NCBI GenBank assembly: GCA_965218095.1
Contig: OZ244587.1
Coordinates: forward strand, 4,160,001 to 4,224,000
Length of the DNA stretch: 64,000 bases
Direction of reading: 5' to 3'
DNA from: Candidatus Poribacteria bacterium
GTDB lineage: Bacteria; Poribacteria; WGA-4E; PCPOR2b
Part shown: positions 1 to 10,519 of the stretch, in pieces
Numbering within the stretch: position 1 is the first letter of the stretch
How the letters are laid out: every line of letters begins with the position of its first letter
Made by a program: the position numbers and the translations under genes
The notes under the pieces: model-generated
Database searches by the model: none
Seen by the model: only the letters and a program-made list of their open reading frames with translations
Told to the model about the DNA's origin: nothing

Positions 1-671
1 TTTCTAAAGACTCATGGCTATATACCCAAGATGCTTTCAAAAAGTCGATTCAACCGACGACTTCATCGAATTAAACCGATGTTCACCACATTGTTCAAAA
101 TCTTGGGACGAAGCTATGTGCAACTTAATCAACAGAAAATCTATGCACTGGATACCATACCAATTGCTGTTTGTTCCGCATTCGTCGGTCAAAAATCTAT
201 ACCGATAAGGCATATCGAGGCTATCAAGCGTCCAAACGTCGGTATTTCTATGGCTTGAAAGTTCATCTGCTAGTGACTGCGAGTCGACACCCTGTTGAAT
301 TTTTTGTGACCCCAGCCAGTACAGGGGACGTTGAAGGGTTACAGTGGTTTGACTTCGACTTGCCACCGGGCTATGGTGACAAAGCATACAATAATTATGA
401 GATAGAAGATATTGTTACATCAGTCGTTAAAGCCAGTACGCAAGAAGAATTCCAAGCGGCTGTATCCACCATGGGAGACCTACTTGGCTAATTACCATCG
501 TAAGTCTGTTGAGACGGCTGGCAGTTTGATTAACAAACTGCTTCCACGTTCAATCCATGCAGTAACGCAACACGGATTTGAATTGAAAGTGGTCTTGTTT
601 GTATTGGCTAGCAGTATCAATCAGCTCTGAGTTCACTCACATATTCGATGAATAGGTCGCAACTTGGGTTA
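1..671 (+). mobile_element. IS982-family element, 5'-truncated by the window edge; transposase split across three frames (31-258, 171-491, 412-630)
   Basis: DDE motifs ALDTIPIAVC, YFYGLKVHLLV, GDKAY, RKSVET lie in different frames; end GCAACTTGGGT at 659-669 (reads ACCC... inward, typical of IS982). Confidence 0.8.
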
Positions 672-691
672 ATCTAACAAAGTCAAGGTAT

Positions 692-1066
692 TTAGGAAGC
701 CTGGATGAGTTCAATCTCCACGTTATCAGGTCCCTTAATGAAAGCAATTGGCAATCCAGACGGTTTAACGTCTTCAATTTCAGCCCCCTTCGCTTCCAAC
801 TCCTCCAGAGTGGCATCAAGGTCTTCCACTGTAAGCGCAAGTTGGTAGACACCCCAGCGTGGATTCCCGCTGGTTGGTTCAACTTCCATATCGCCCAATT
901 TAGGGGAGAGGAAGAATCTTTGTCCGCCGACCTCCATCCGAACAATTGGCAAGCCGCGGAGTTCTACCCGTTCCGTAACTTTGCCATCGAGCATCTTTTC
1001 GTAATAAGCGACAGCAGCTTCAAGGTCTTCACAACGAAAATGGATGTGATGAAATGTGTATGTCAT
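692..1066 (-). CDS. VOC/glyoxalase family protein
   Basis: FHHIHFRCEDL, LALTVEDLD, FIKGPDNVEIELIQ motifs; start taken at MTYTF after GGAG RBS. Confidence 0.85.
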   Translation of the reverse strand: MTYTFHHIHFRCEDLEAAVAYYEKMLDGKVTERVELRGLPIVRMEVGGQRFFLSPKLGDMEVEPTSGNPRWGVYQLALTVEDLDATLEELEAKGAEIEDVKPSGLPIAFIKGPDNVEIELIQAS

Positions 1067-1214
1067 TGTTATATTCTCCTGTCTGTAAAAAATGGGATTA
1101 TCATCAAGATTCATTTCTCGACTTCGTACGAGGATTATTATAGACCAAAAGCAGGGTGGATGTAAATAGAATTCTCTTGATATTCAGAAATTCTTTCTTA
1201 TTCCGGGGTTCAAG

Positions 1215-2228
1215 CTAAAATGCGACAGTTTCATCAATCTGTTGCAGGTAGCCTTGAATCCAGGGGCGTGTCCGCTCGTTCATCCCGGCAAAATAGTACA
1301 AATCCAGCCAGAGTGTTACTCCTCGCAGGAAGGCGAGCCGCAGGTGGGTGGGCAGCATCTCCCTGTCTGCTTCAGACAGGGGACAACTGCTTTCGTAGGC
1401 GTGCAGAAATACGGAATGTTGGTTAGCCGTCAGGGGGATGTCTTGATAAACGGCAGGAAAGAAAACCAGCGTGTATGCCAGATCGTACAAGCGATTCGCG
1501 GGGCGGGCGGTATCCAAATCTAAAATTGCGCGAATCTGATTCCCATCAAACTTGAGATTCTGGGCGCGGTAGTCACCGTGTATAATCCATTCCATCGCGT
1601 ATCGCGTATTGCGTATTGCGTAAACTGAATTTCTGAACCCCTCCGCTTTGTCGAGCCATTGCTTGATCTGGGATGGTGACACCGGGTCTGTTTTGCCCTT
1701 CCCCACAACGGACTGGAGACGAGATAATCGATCTTGCAGTTGCGCAAAGATTTCGGTTTCTATGGGTTGCCAAGCAGGTTGGATGCGGGGGTAAAACTTA
1801 CGAAGCTGCTGATGTAAAAGTCCTAGCATTTCCCCTGAAGCACGTAACTGCCCTGGATTTCCAACCTCATAATCGTGTCCTTCGATAAACTCAAAGAGCG
1901 CATAGATCTGCCTTGTTTTTGAGAAACTGTCGCAGAGGCTGAATGTTTCTCCCTTGTTGTTCGACAGCAGGCGAGGAACAGGCAAACCGCCCTGATACAA
2001 AAAATTCTGGAGGGCATGTGTGAAGGCGATTCGTTGGTGGTTGGGTTCACGTGCTATTTTCTGATTGTCTACTGACTTATAGATCTTCAGGAACAGTGGC
2101 CCCTGGTTAGTCACAAGCTTCATTGTTGTGCTCATCGCACCTGTACCGATTGGCGTTGTTGATGTGATACTGAAGTCGTAGTTTTGAAGGATGGATCTTT
2201 CAAGGTGAATCGAGAGGTGAGGGGACAT
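1215..2228 (-). CDS. APH / homoserine kinase type II-like phosphotransferase
   Basis: LFLKIY, IHGDYRAQNL, ILDLD, YDLA motifs. Confidence 0.85.
   Translation of the reverse strand: MSPHLSIHLERSILQNYDFSITSTTPIGTGAMSTTMKLVTNQGPLFLKIYKSVDNQKIAREPNHQRIAFTHALQNFLYQGGLPVPRLLSNNKGETFSLCDSFSKTRQIYALFEFIEGHDYEVGNPGQLRASGEMLGLLHQQLRKFYPRIQPAWQPIETEIFAQLQDRLSRLQSVVGKGKTDPVSPSQIKQWLDKAEGFRNSVYAIRNTRYAMEWIIHGDYRAQNLKFDGNQIRAILDLDTARPANRLYDLAYTLVFFPAVYQDIPLTANQHSVFLHAYESSCPLSEADREMLPTHLRLAFLRGVTLWLDLYYFAGMNERTRPWIQGYLQQIDETVAF
1594..1621 (+). repeat. 4 x 7-bp tandem repeat (ATCGCGT x2, ATTGCGT x2) inside the phosphotransferase CDS
   Basis: Read directly; encodes YAIRNTRYAM on the minus strand. Confidence 0.85.
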
Positions 2229-2240
2229 GGCAATATAGCC

Positions 2241-3965
2241 TCATTTATCAGAGTTGACTGCTGCCGGGAGTCTGTTATCAAGCAGATCATCGAATGGTAT
2301 ATTTATGGAATCACTTATAAGCGGGATGTTCATGCGCAACATCTTCCCAGGTTTGGGTGGTGTATATCCTTTGTATTCATAGATGCCCAACGCAACATCC
2401 TGCAGCCTTCTGCTGTTTGAGTGTATTGGTATCCTTTTGCGCAGGATAAATCTGTCCTTCATTTACCCCCAGTTTTTCAAGGGGTGAGAGTTGACGGGGT
2501 TTGAGACGTTAGCTGTGTGAGAAACCTTGCCATCAAGCACCTTGAAGCGTATCTCCCCGACACAGGGGAAGCGTGAAAAATGGAGAGAGACACCAACCCA
2601 ACCACGCCTGAGATACAACACGCTTTATCACCGTAATCAGCGAATAAGTCTTTGTCGTCGGATTGAATGATTTGACCCATTGATAGCCGGACTTCTCATA
2701 GGTGATAAAGAGCAAGCCGTAAGTGAGACACCCTAACAACCATAACAGATTGATGCGAGATTTTGTCGGTCGTTTGAGGACGAGACTGCCAAACCCAAAG
2801 CCACTCTTTATGTCTCTAAACCCGTGGTCAATCTGCATGCGTCGCTTATAGCAACTATATATTTCCAATCCGCTGAGGTGGTTTGAAATCAGACACATCG
2901 ACTCAGAAAACCCCTCATCGATAACCACATAGAGGTTGAGTCGAATCTGCTCGGTTCGGTGGTAGAGAATCTGTGGGTAAAACCCGGTTGAATCGAGTTG
3001 TTTCAGCGTTTTGACAACCTCATTGACCTCGAATCCAACGTTGCGACGAACGCGCATCACAAACGGAATCTCTCGGGCTTTGAGAAACTTTATCACATAT
3101 CTCGCCCGGGCAAACCCCCGGTCGAATATCAACACCGGCTCACACTTTGGGGGTAAAACGGCTTTTGTCCGGCGATAGACAGTGACGCAAAAGCGTTGGA
3201 TAATTTCGTTATGGTTTTTTATATTTTAGTGTCCGAATCTCGGCGTCACTATAAATATGCCAGTAGATAGGTATCGCCCAGTGTCGAAACGGCACCGCGG
3301 CAACCATCGCTTTGCCCCCCCCAATCAACTGGGTTTCATCGACCAAAATCAAGGTACGAGCTTTGCGGTTTTGACAGACGGTTGTCAGGACGAAAACCAG
3401 CCAACAGCGCATCACCGCACCGATTGGAAAGACCGAATCAATGAATCTGAGAAGTCGTTTCTGTTTCGTCTTTTGGGGCTTAACCGCCACCGGCAATCGG
3501 GAGGTGATTTCGTTGAGACGAAAGGTCTTAGCCAATGCAATAGCGATGGTTGTGGGTATGAGGGTTTTCAACGCTGGTTTTTTCAAAACGGGGTTGAAAA
3601 TCTGGGTGATAGTGGTTATCATTGTTGTGGGATTCACCCGCTTTTGGATGTGTTTTCCTTTCATAATACCTCCTTGCTTCAAACAGTGAGTGTTTTGGGT
3701 AAGGAGGTATTTTACCATATCTGAGAAGACTTTCTCACACCTATGGCTGACAAAACCACTAATGATACCCGCTCACAAAAAACTGGGGGTAAATGAAAAA
3801 TCTGTCCGGCTTGACTATTTCTCGTAACCATTTTAATGGGCGTGACTCATAGTTCTTCTCCTCGATTACGACGTAACCTGTCCCAAAATCCTGAAGCGTC
3901 TCATAAATCTCCTCTCGATCCGTAATCCGCTCTTCGACAATCCGGCGCATTCGGGAAGTCGCCAA
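2241..3965 (-). pseudogene. C-terminal remnant of an unknown gene, split by the IS4 element
   Basis: Removing 2458-3797 and one TSD joins ...LREIVKPDRF to ILRKRIPIHS... in frame; the 5' part is missing. Confidence 0.65.
2458..3797 (-). mobile_element. IS4-family element with frameshifted transposase (3209-3664 and 2533-3135)
   Basis: 20-bp IR TTCATTTACCCCCAGTTTTT / AAAAACTGGGGGTAAATGAA; 10-bp TSD AAATCTGTCC at 2448-2457 and 3798-3807; LILVDET, FDRGF, YKRRMQIDHGFRDIKS (YREK-like). Confidence 0.9.
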
Positions 3966-4082
3966 CAGTTTGTCGGCTTGCGTGTCACCCCAAAGGCGTT
4001 TTTGTTGCTACCATGTGTTTGACGAGGATCCGTTATGATCCTTCCTTCGGCCCAGGCTTTCTCTGCAGGGAGTTACTGATCT

Positions 4083-4140
4083 AACCGCCCGCCGCGAAAT
4101 CGTCGGGCTAATGGCGGAAAAGCCCCGTAAACGAGGCTAA
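4083..4140 (-). repeat. REP-like short palindromic element
   Basis: Minus strand TAGCCTCGTTTACGGGGCT...TAGCCCGACGATTTCGCGGCGGGCGG, two imperfect hairpins. Confidence 0.45.
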
Positions 4141-4708
4141 TAGCGAATTTGCACGCCTAACTCTGGGGCTTTGAAAAGTGTCAACTTAATTCTGGCGGAA
4201 AATGAACCATGCCGATTTTTTTTATTAAAGTCGTTTTCAGTTTTAATTTCTACATCATCGATCGAAATTGTTGCTTCTTCTTTTGATCTCTCCTGATCGC
4301 TGTGCACAATACGAACGCCATTGTCACGCCAATTCGACGTAATTTCAGGTGCCATCTTCTTACTCCGGGTTATACAAAAAACGCCGTATCAACGGTGTCA
4401 TGCGGAAATTTCTCTGCATGATTGGAGTTGAAGCCTGCTTCTAAATCTGGTAAAATAAACATATAGTGTAATGGCCAATAGGATGATCGACACTTTTGCT
4501 CGGTAAATCCAAGCCACAAATTGTAGGAGATAATGTCTGCCATTTTCCTGACCAATACATAAAATAAACAATAGACTGTGGGTTGAAACGAAGAAAAACT
4601 TCAGAACGATGCTATCCTGCTCAACCGCTTTTCCTTTTCAAACCTCCGAAATCTGACTATCGTAGTATGACAAGTCGGGCAAAGTCAACAATATAATTCT
4701 ATTCATCC

Positions 4709-5596
4709 GTGCCATGCACCAGACATCAAACTCCCTCCACCATCTCTTCTCAGCTCCGGTTCCTCATCCACCTCCGCTTGAAATTTGTTGCAATCCTGGC
4801 CCCGATTTTCCTGTGGGGAGCGTTTGTCTCCGAAGGGCGGCTCAACACATCGTTCTGGCTGGGGTTCATTTTATTTCATCTGTGCCTATATGGTGGCGTA
4901 AACACGCTGAATTCATACTACGATCGAGATGAAGGACCGATCGGTGGGCTCAAACATCCGCCGACAGTCGATCGCTTTTTTATCTGGCGTGGGGTATTCA
5001 GGTCATCGGTTTCGTACCGGGGTTTGCTTTGCCCCTTGGTTTTCGTTTAATCTATCTGGGGGCGATGGTCATGTCCGTTGCTTACTCTCACCCATCGATC
5101 CGCCTCAAGGGACGTCCACTTGGAAGCGTTTTTATTGTTGCCATCGGACAAGGGTGGCTGACGTATTGGGCGGGATGGATTGTGTGCCGCGCTGAAGCGA
5201 TTTCGATTTTCACTCGCAAAGGGATTCTGGGTGGGCTTGCGATAACGATTATCACCGTCGGGCTATATTCGCTCACCCAGATCTATCAAATCGACAGCGA
5301 TCGGGCAAAGAGCAATCGTACACTTGCCATTTGGAAAATCCTTCCTATTTTCGCTGATATGTATCCCACTTGCGGGAGTCTGCATGGCTTCCTTGTTTTG
5401 GTTCTATTTTCGTCGTCCCGAAGGACTTGTTCTGTTGGGTTATTTTGTCGGACTGTGGGCGATCGTCTATCGGTGGGAACGCAACTATCAATCGATGAAC
5501 CAGATGGATAACTACAACATGGTCATACGAATGAACCTGGTCAATTCCTCATGCTTTGCCGCTTATCTCGCACTGCATTTTCTTCATATCTTGTAA
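4709..5596 (+). pseudogene. UbiA-family prenyltransferase, frameshifted into three pieces
   Basis: NSYYDRDEG first Asp-rich motif, TQIYQIDSD second motif, hydrophobic helices across ORFs 4709-5050, 5029-5511, 5324-5596. Confidence 0.8.
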
Positions 5597-5639
5597 CTGA
5601 ACCATCCCATGATCTGCCAATTGCTGAACGGCGATTTGA

Positions 5640-5691
5640 GAATCAGCGAATCAACGAATGGACGAATCACACATCACGTTTCACATTTCAC
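5640..5691 (+). repeat. Intergenic 8-mer/7-mer short tandem repeats (GAATCAGC/GAATCAAC/GAATGGAC; CACGTTT/CACATTT)
   Basis: Read directly. Confidence 0.6.
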
Positions 5692-5696
5692 CTCCC

Positions 5697-6815
5697 ATGC
5701 CACACACAGCGATCCGGACAGTTGGGACAGCCGTCCCCAAATATCAGCACCGCCAATCAGACATCGCACAGTTTATGAAAAGCGCACTGCGTGCGGATGT
5801 GCCACTTTCCCGGCAGATTGATTATCTCTACCATCGGTCGCAGATTAATACGCGCTATAGCTGCATTCCAGATTACAGCCGCCTTGATCCAACCCAATTT
5901 GAATTCTACCCGCCCAACTGGGATTTCTCCCCTTTCCCGACTACTCAGCAACGGTTAGCAAAATATCAGGCGGAAGCTCTCCCGTTGTGCAAAGCGGCCA
6001 TCGTAGACGCGCTGAATCAGCCGCATGCCCCTGATTTGGCGGAAATCACTCACCTGATCGTCGTCAGTTGCACGGGGTTTTATGCGCCGGGATTGGACAT
6101 CCACCTTATCAGAGTGCTTGGACTTTCGCCGAAAGTTCAGCGCACGCTGATCGGGTTTATGGGGTGTTATGCCGCCTTTAACGGAATTCGCCTAGCGGAT
6201 GCATGCCGATCCGACCACAGTGCAACGGTTTTGCTGGTTTGCGTTGAGCCCTGCACGCTACATTTCCAACACAGCATTGCGCGGCATCACCTGATTGCCA
6301 ACTGCATTTTTGCTGACGGCGCTGCTGCCGTTTTTTTTCAGCGCCAGTCACGATCCAATCCGACATCGAATGTCCTGATCGCCAAGCACAGTATGGGTTG
6401 GATAGATGATGATTCATCGGAAGATATGACGTGGACAATCGGAGACACGGGCTTTGAGATGTACATCTCGCCGACGATTGCCAGGGTTCTGGATGTCAAC
6501 TTGACAGATTTTATTCAACGACTTCTCAAGCCGAGCGGTTTGGGCAAAGCGGACATTGACTTCTGGGCAATCCACTCCGGTGGGCGATCTATTCTGGATA
6601 CCGTCCAGCAGCGGCTAGATCTTCCCGCACACAAGGTAGCGGATTCACATGCCGTGCTGCATAAGTACGGGAATATGTCCTCACCATCGGTGCTGTTTGT
6701 CCTCAAGCGGCTATTTCAGCATTTGCAGCGTAGAGAGGACTTCCGGTACTGCGTCGCGATGGCTTTCGGCTCCGGCTTGACGCTGGAAGGGTGCTTGCTT
6801 GAGGTGGTCAGATAA
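5697..6815 (+). CDS. Type III polyketide synthase (chalcone synthase-like)
   Basis: Cys-His-Asn triad: GFMGCYAA, WAIHSGG, YGNMSS; also FADGAAA, AFGSGLT. Confidence 0.93.
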   Translation: MPHTAIRTVGTAVPKYQHRQSDIAQFMKSALRADVPLSRQIDYLYHRSQINTRYSCIPDYSRLDPTQFEFYPPNWDFSPFPTTQQRLAKYQAEALPLCKAAIVDALNQPHAPDLAEITHLIVVSCTGFYAPGLDIHLIRVLGLSPKVQRTLIGFMGCYAAFNGIRLADACRSDHSATVLLVCVEPCTLHFQHSIARHHLIANCIFADGAAAVFFQRQSRSNPTSNVLIAKHSMGWIDDDSSEDMTWTIGDTGFEMYISPTIARVLDVNLTDFIQRLLKPSGLGKADIDFWAIHSGGRSILDTVQQRLDLPAHKVADSHAVLHKYGNMSSPSVLFVLKRLFQHLQRREDFRYCVAMAFGSGLTLEGCLLEVVR

Positions 6816-6850
6816 GAGCAGTCTTTGTTGAGAGGAAAGAGATCTACTGA

Positions 6851-6879
6851 TTGATTGTGTCCTAAATCTCTGTTATAAT
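6851..6879 (+). promoter_or_regulatory. Sigma70-like promoter upstream of the FGGY kinase
   Basis: TTGATT-N17-TATAAT with extended TG. Confidence 0.6.
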
Positions 6880-6949
6880 TACTGCTAAGTTATACCGGTG
6901 TCGAGCAGATCTCGGAGAAAGGAAATTAGCGAGTTGTGAGGAGGAATAA

Positions 6950-8389
6950 ATGAGCGTTTTAGGGATTGATGTCGGCACAACGAGCTGCAAGGTGATTGCC
7001 TTTAACATGGAAGGAGAAATCCTTGCGCAGGCTTACGGCGAATATCCGCTGATCCATCCGCAGCCCGGTTGGTCGGAGTTGGACTCGAACCTCGTTTGGG
7101 AAAAGGTGTCAAATGGGGTTCGGCAGGTAGCTGCGCAGACGAAGCGCGATCCGATTGAAGCCCTCAGCGTTGCGTGCCAGGGGGAAGCTGTGACGCCGAT
7201 TTCAAAGTCCGGCGAAATCCTCGCACATGCGATCACCTCCTTCGATTTTCGCGCATCGGGTATCGCTGATGAAATCAACCAGAGTCTCAGCAAGCTGGAA
7301 GTCATGCAGATCACAGGGATGCCTCTGAGTGCCATTCCCACTCTGGTGAAGCTAATCTGGATGCAGCGGAATCAGCCGGAGATCTATCGAAGGACGTGGA
7401 AATTTCTCGGTTTCGAGGATTTCGTGTACTACAAACTCGGTATGACGCCGGTCGTCGATTACTCGTTGGCGGCGCGGACGATGGCGTTTGACATCATACA
7501 GAAGGATTGGCCGACGAAGATGCTCGATCTCGCGACTGTAGACCGTGATCTGTTTCCCGATGTGGCGCCGTTGGGCACAATCATCGGCGAGGTTGCCCCC
7601 AAAGTTGCCGAAGCACTCAGTCTCCCCAGAGGCGTGGTCGGTATCACAGGCGGACATGATCAACCCTATGGCGCGTTAGGCGCAGGCATCATCCACGAAG
7701 GCGATGTCATGGACGCGACTGGGATGGTCGAGTGTATCGCACCAGCGTTTCATGAACCTGTGATTAATGAACAAATGGTCAACGGCAATTTCGCCTGTTA
7801 TCCACACGTCGTTGATGGCATGTATCTGACCCTCGGATTCGTGTCGAGCGGCGGTGTGGTGCTGCGATGGTTCCGCGATACTTTTGCGCAAGTAGAGGTC
7901 GCCGAAGCCGAAGCTGCGGGGCGAGATGTCTACGATCTACTGATGGCGGAGATGCCGGATACGCCGTCGCCGGTGATGCTGCTACCGCACTTCACCGGTT
8001 CTGGCACGCCTCAACTCGATCTCGAGTCAAAGGGAGCAATCCTTAGCTTAACGCTTTCGACGAACAAAGGCGATTTAATCAAAGCCATCCTCGAAGGCAT
8101 CAGCTACGAGATTAAGCACAACTTCTCACTGCTTCAGGAGGCGGGCGTTGCCATCAACGAAATCCGCGCAATTAGCGGCGGGGCAAAGTCTGAGAAATGG
8201 TTGCAACTCAAAGCGGATATGTTCGGCAAAAAAGTGGTTGCCCTCGACGTATCCGAAGGCGTCTGCTTGGGTGCGGCGATTTTGGCAGGAGCAGCGATCG
8301 GAAAGTATGCTTCTATCGCATCGGCCATTGAGCAGCTTGTCAAGCCCCGCAAAACCTATTATCCGCGTGAGGAAGTCAGGAAGTTGTAG
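6950..8389 (+). CDS. FGGY-family carbohydrate kinase (xylulokinase-like); probably a premature TAG, with the frame continuing to about 8455
   Basis: GIDVGTTSCK, GGHDQ, LEGISY, GGAKS..WLQLKAD; after the TAG the frame reads DEKLKLYTQIYPSIRGINRQL. Confidence 0.9.
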   Translation: MSVLGIDVGTTSCKVIAFNMEGEILAQAYGEYPLIHPQPGWSELDSNLVWEKVSNGVRQVAAQTKRDPIEALSVACQGEAVTPISKSGEILAHAITSFDFRASGIADEINQSLSKLEVMQITGMPLSAIPTLVKLIWMQRNQPEIYRRTWKFLGFEDFVYYKLGMTPVVDYSLAARTMAFDIIQKDWPTKMLDLATVDRDLFPDVAPLGTIIGEVAPKVAEALSLPRGVVGITGGHDQPYGALGAGIIHEGDVMDATGMVECIAPAFHEPVINEQMVNGNFACYPHVVDGMYLTLGFVSSGGVVLRWFRDTFAQVEVAEAEAAGRDVYDLLMAEMPDTPSPVMLLPHFTGSGTPQLDLESKGAILSLTLSTNKGDLIKAILEGISYEIKHNFSLLQEAGVAINEIRAISGGAKSEKWLQLKADMFGKKVVALDVSEGVCLGAAILAGAAIGKYASIASAIEQLVKPRKTYYPREEVRKL

Positions 8390-8539
8390 GATGAGAAGCT
8401 GAAGCTGTATACGCAGATCTATCCCTCGATTCGGGGGATTAACCGACAGCTTTGAAAATAGCGAAGGAGAGCGGGGTGCCAGCCCGTTCACAACTTCCCG
8501 AAGAATGACGACTGGGCAAGAGATCTACTCCGGCAAGAG

Positions 8540-8940
8540 ATGTGTGTACTTGAACTTCTTAACGACAGGGTGACACTCGATTTGTTGCCCCACATGATGC
8601 CACACTCGGGACACTGGGTGGAGGCGCACTTTGAGCCGTTGCTCAAAGATAAGCACTTCATGGATTACAACCCCGTCCTGACGAACGGAGATCTGGCGTG
8701 CTATCACCTTCTGTGGAACAAGACAGAGGCTTTCCTCACGGGAGTGATCGACTTTGGCACGGCGGGCATCGGTGATCCTGCATCCGACTACGCTTGTGTA
8801 ATCTACAACTATGGCGAAACATTCTTAGCATGGATGGCGCGGTACGAGAAAGCCATTTTCGATGCTGTCAATCGGGCAAGGTTCTAGGCAGGGACGCTTG
8901 AACTTCAGTGGGCACTTACAGGCCTTCGGCGGAAGTTGCC
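8540..8940 (+). pseudogene. Aminoglycoside phosphotransferase-family fragment (N-terminus missing, internal TAG at 8885)
   Basis: LTNGDLACYHLL, GVIDFGTAGIGDPASD; continues AGTLELQWAL after the TAG. Confidence 0.7.
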
Positions 8941-9099
8941 CGACTGGCACACAGCACATGTGGGAAACGCAAAGGATATGTCTCCAATTGGAGTCCCATT
9001 CGGGGACTGACGATGGCGCCAGCACGTTGGGTCAAGGAACGAAACTCAACGAGCAACTTTATACTCAAGAGTTAGAGCACTCAAAATAAAGAAGATAAC

Positions 9100-10143
9100 A
9101 TGTCCGAATCTGATAGGCTTTCATACGCCAAAGTGGGTGTCGATATCGATGCGACAGACGCCGCCAAGCAGGAAATGGCTCAAAGCATTAATCGCGGTGA
9201 CGCTCGTGTTTTGAACCGATTGGGCGCATTCGCAAGTCTCGTTGAAGGCCACTTTAATGGCTATCGCCATCCCGTCCTCGCCCTGAAAACCGATGAACCC
9301 GGCTCCAAGCAAAAGTTGGCCTTTGAGTTGGGCAAAGTGACATCGCTCTGCTATGATCTAATCCATCACCTCATCAATGATGTCATCGTAATGGGCGCGG
9401 AGCCTCTATATGTCCAAGATTGTATTGTCTGTGGCCACCTCGATTCAAAGATTGTGTCAACTTTGGTTTTGGGTATGGCAGCGGCGTGTCAGGCTCAAGG
9501 CTGCGTGTTGGTTGGTGGTGAAACATCCGTGCAACCTGGGGTTGTCGTTGAAGGTGTGTATGTCCTGAGTGCCAGTGCCGTGGGCGTAGTGGAAAAAGAA
9601 TACATCATTGATGGGGCGAGAATCACTGAAGATGACGTTGTGTTAGCAGTGGCGTCCAACGGGCTGCATACGAACGGCTACACATTAGTTCGGAAACTCT
9701 TGGAACTCCATTGTGACTTGCGAGATCAATCGATTGAAGAGGAGTCATTCATCGATGTTATCATGCGTCCTCATACCTGTTACTATCATGCGGTGCGTGA
9801 TCTTTTCAGGTCGCCTGGCTTGAGGGGACTTGCTCATATTACCGGAGGTGGGATCCAAGACAACCTAAATCGAATTCTACCTTCATCATTAGACGCTGGC
9901 ATCGAATTAAGCTGTCTTGATGTACCTGTTGTATTCAAGGTAATCCGTGATACAGGTCATGTGTCGGATGCTGATATGCTAAGGACCTTCAACATGGGAG
10001 TTGGCTTGACATTAGTCTGTGCGCCTGAGATGGTTGACGCATTTTCGAAACATTTAGCAGATCACGATTGTTGCTCATACCCGATAGGTCGTATCGTGAA
10101 GGGTTCCAAGCGCGTCACTTATAGTGGAGCAATTTCATGGTGA
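9100..10143 (+). CDS. purM: AIR synthase (phosphoribosylformylglycinamidine cyclo-ligase), variant and orphan copy
   Basis: SYAKVGVDI, NDVIVMGAEPL, GGETSVQPG, SNGLHTNGY, HITGGGI, RTFNMGVG. Confidence 0.85.
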   Translation: MSESDRLSYAKVGVDIDATDAAKQEMAQSINRGDARVLNRLGAFASLVEGHFNGYRHPVLALKTDEPGSKQKLAFELGKVTSLCYDLIHHLINDVIVMGAEPLYVQDCIVCGHLDSKIVSTLVLGMAAACQAQGCVLVGGETSVQPGVVVEGVYVLSASAVGVVEKEYIIDGARITEDDVVLAVASNGLHTNGYTLVRKLLELHCDLRDQSIEEESFIDVIMRPHTCYYHAVRDLFRSPGLRGLAHITGGGIQDNLNRILPSSLDAGIELSCLDVPVVFKVIRDTGHVSDADMLRTFNMGVGLTLVCAPEMVDAFSKHLADHDCCSYPIGRIVKGSKRVTYSGAISW

Positions 10144-10185
10144 GCAACCCACGCCCTAACAAGGCGTTGGTGGAGGTAAAATCAA

Positions 10186-10491
10186 ATGCTTCAACAACCC
10201 TACGGTGATGTCTATTGCTGGACAGAGCACCACGGCAAACCAGAAACAACCTATTACTGGTACAATCTTGCAATTTACATCAATCAGGCTGGCATCTTCG
10301 CGTTAATCGATCCGTTGCCGATGTCCGATGAGCAAATTCCGGTGCTGTTCTACACCGATGGACGGGAGTGGAATGAACCGCTTGCAATCACGACTCTGAT
10401 GGACACCCCCGAAGATCTGGAAGCGTTTATTCCACAACACTCAGTGAAAGATAGACGAATTCACGAATCGACACCTCAACAGATCATCTGA
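10186..10491 (+). CDS. Hypothetical protein, likely an internally deleted remnant
   Basis: GGAGG RBS; ALIDPLP resembles an MBL-fold N-terminus but the ORF is too short. Confidence 0.35.
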   Translation: MLQQPYGDVYCWTEHHGKPETTYYWYNLAIYINQAGIFALIDPLPMSDEQIPVLFYTDGREWNEPLAITTLMDTPEDLEAFIPQHSVKDRRIHESTPQQII

Positions 10492-10519
10492 CGCATTACG
10501 TCTTTTCTGGAGTAACAAG

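Noticed and set aside
4137-4555. Short AT-rich ORFs
   Set aside because: No recognisable motifs; cannot be supported as genes
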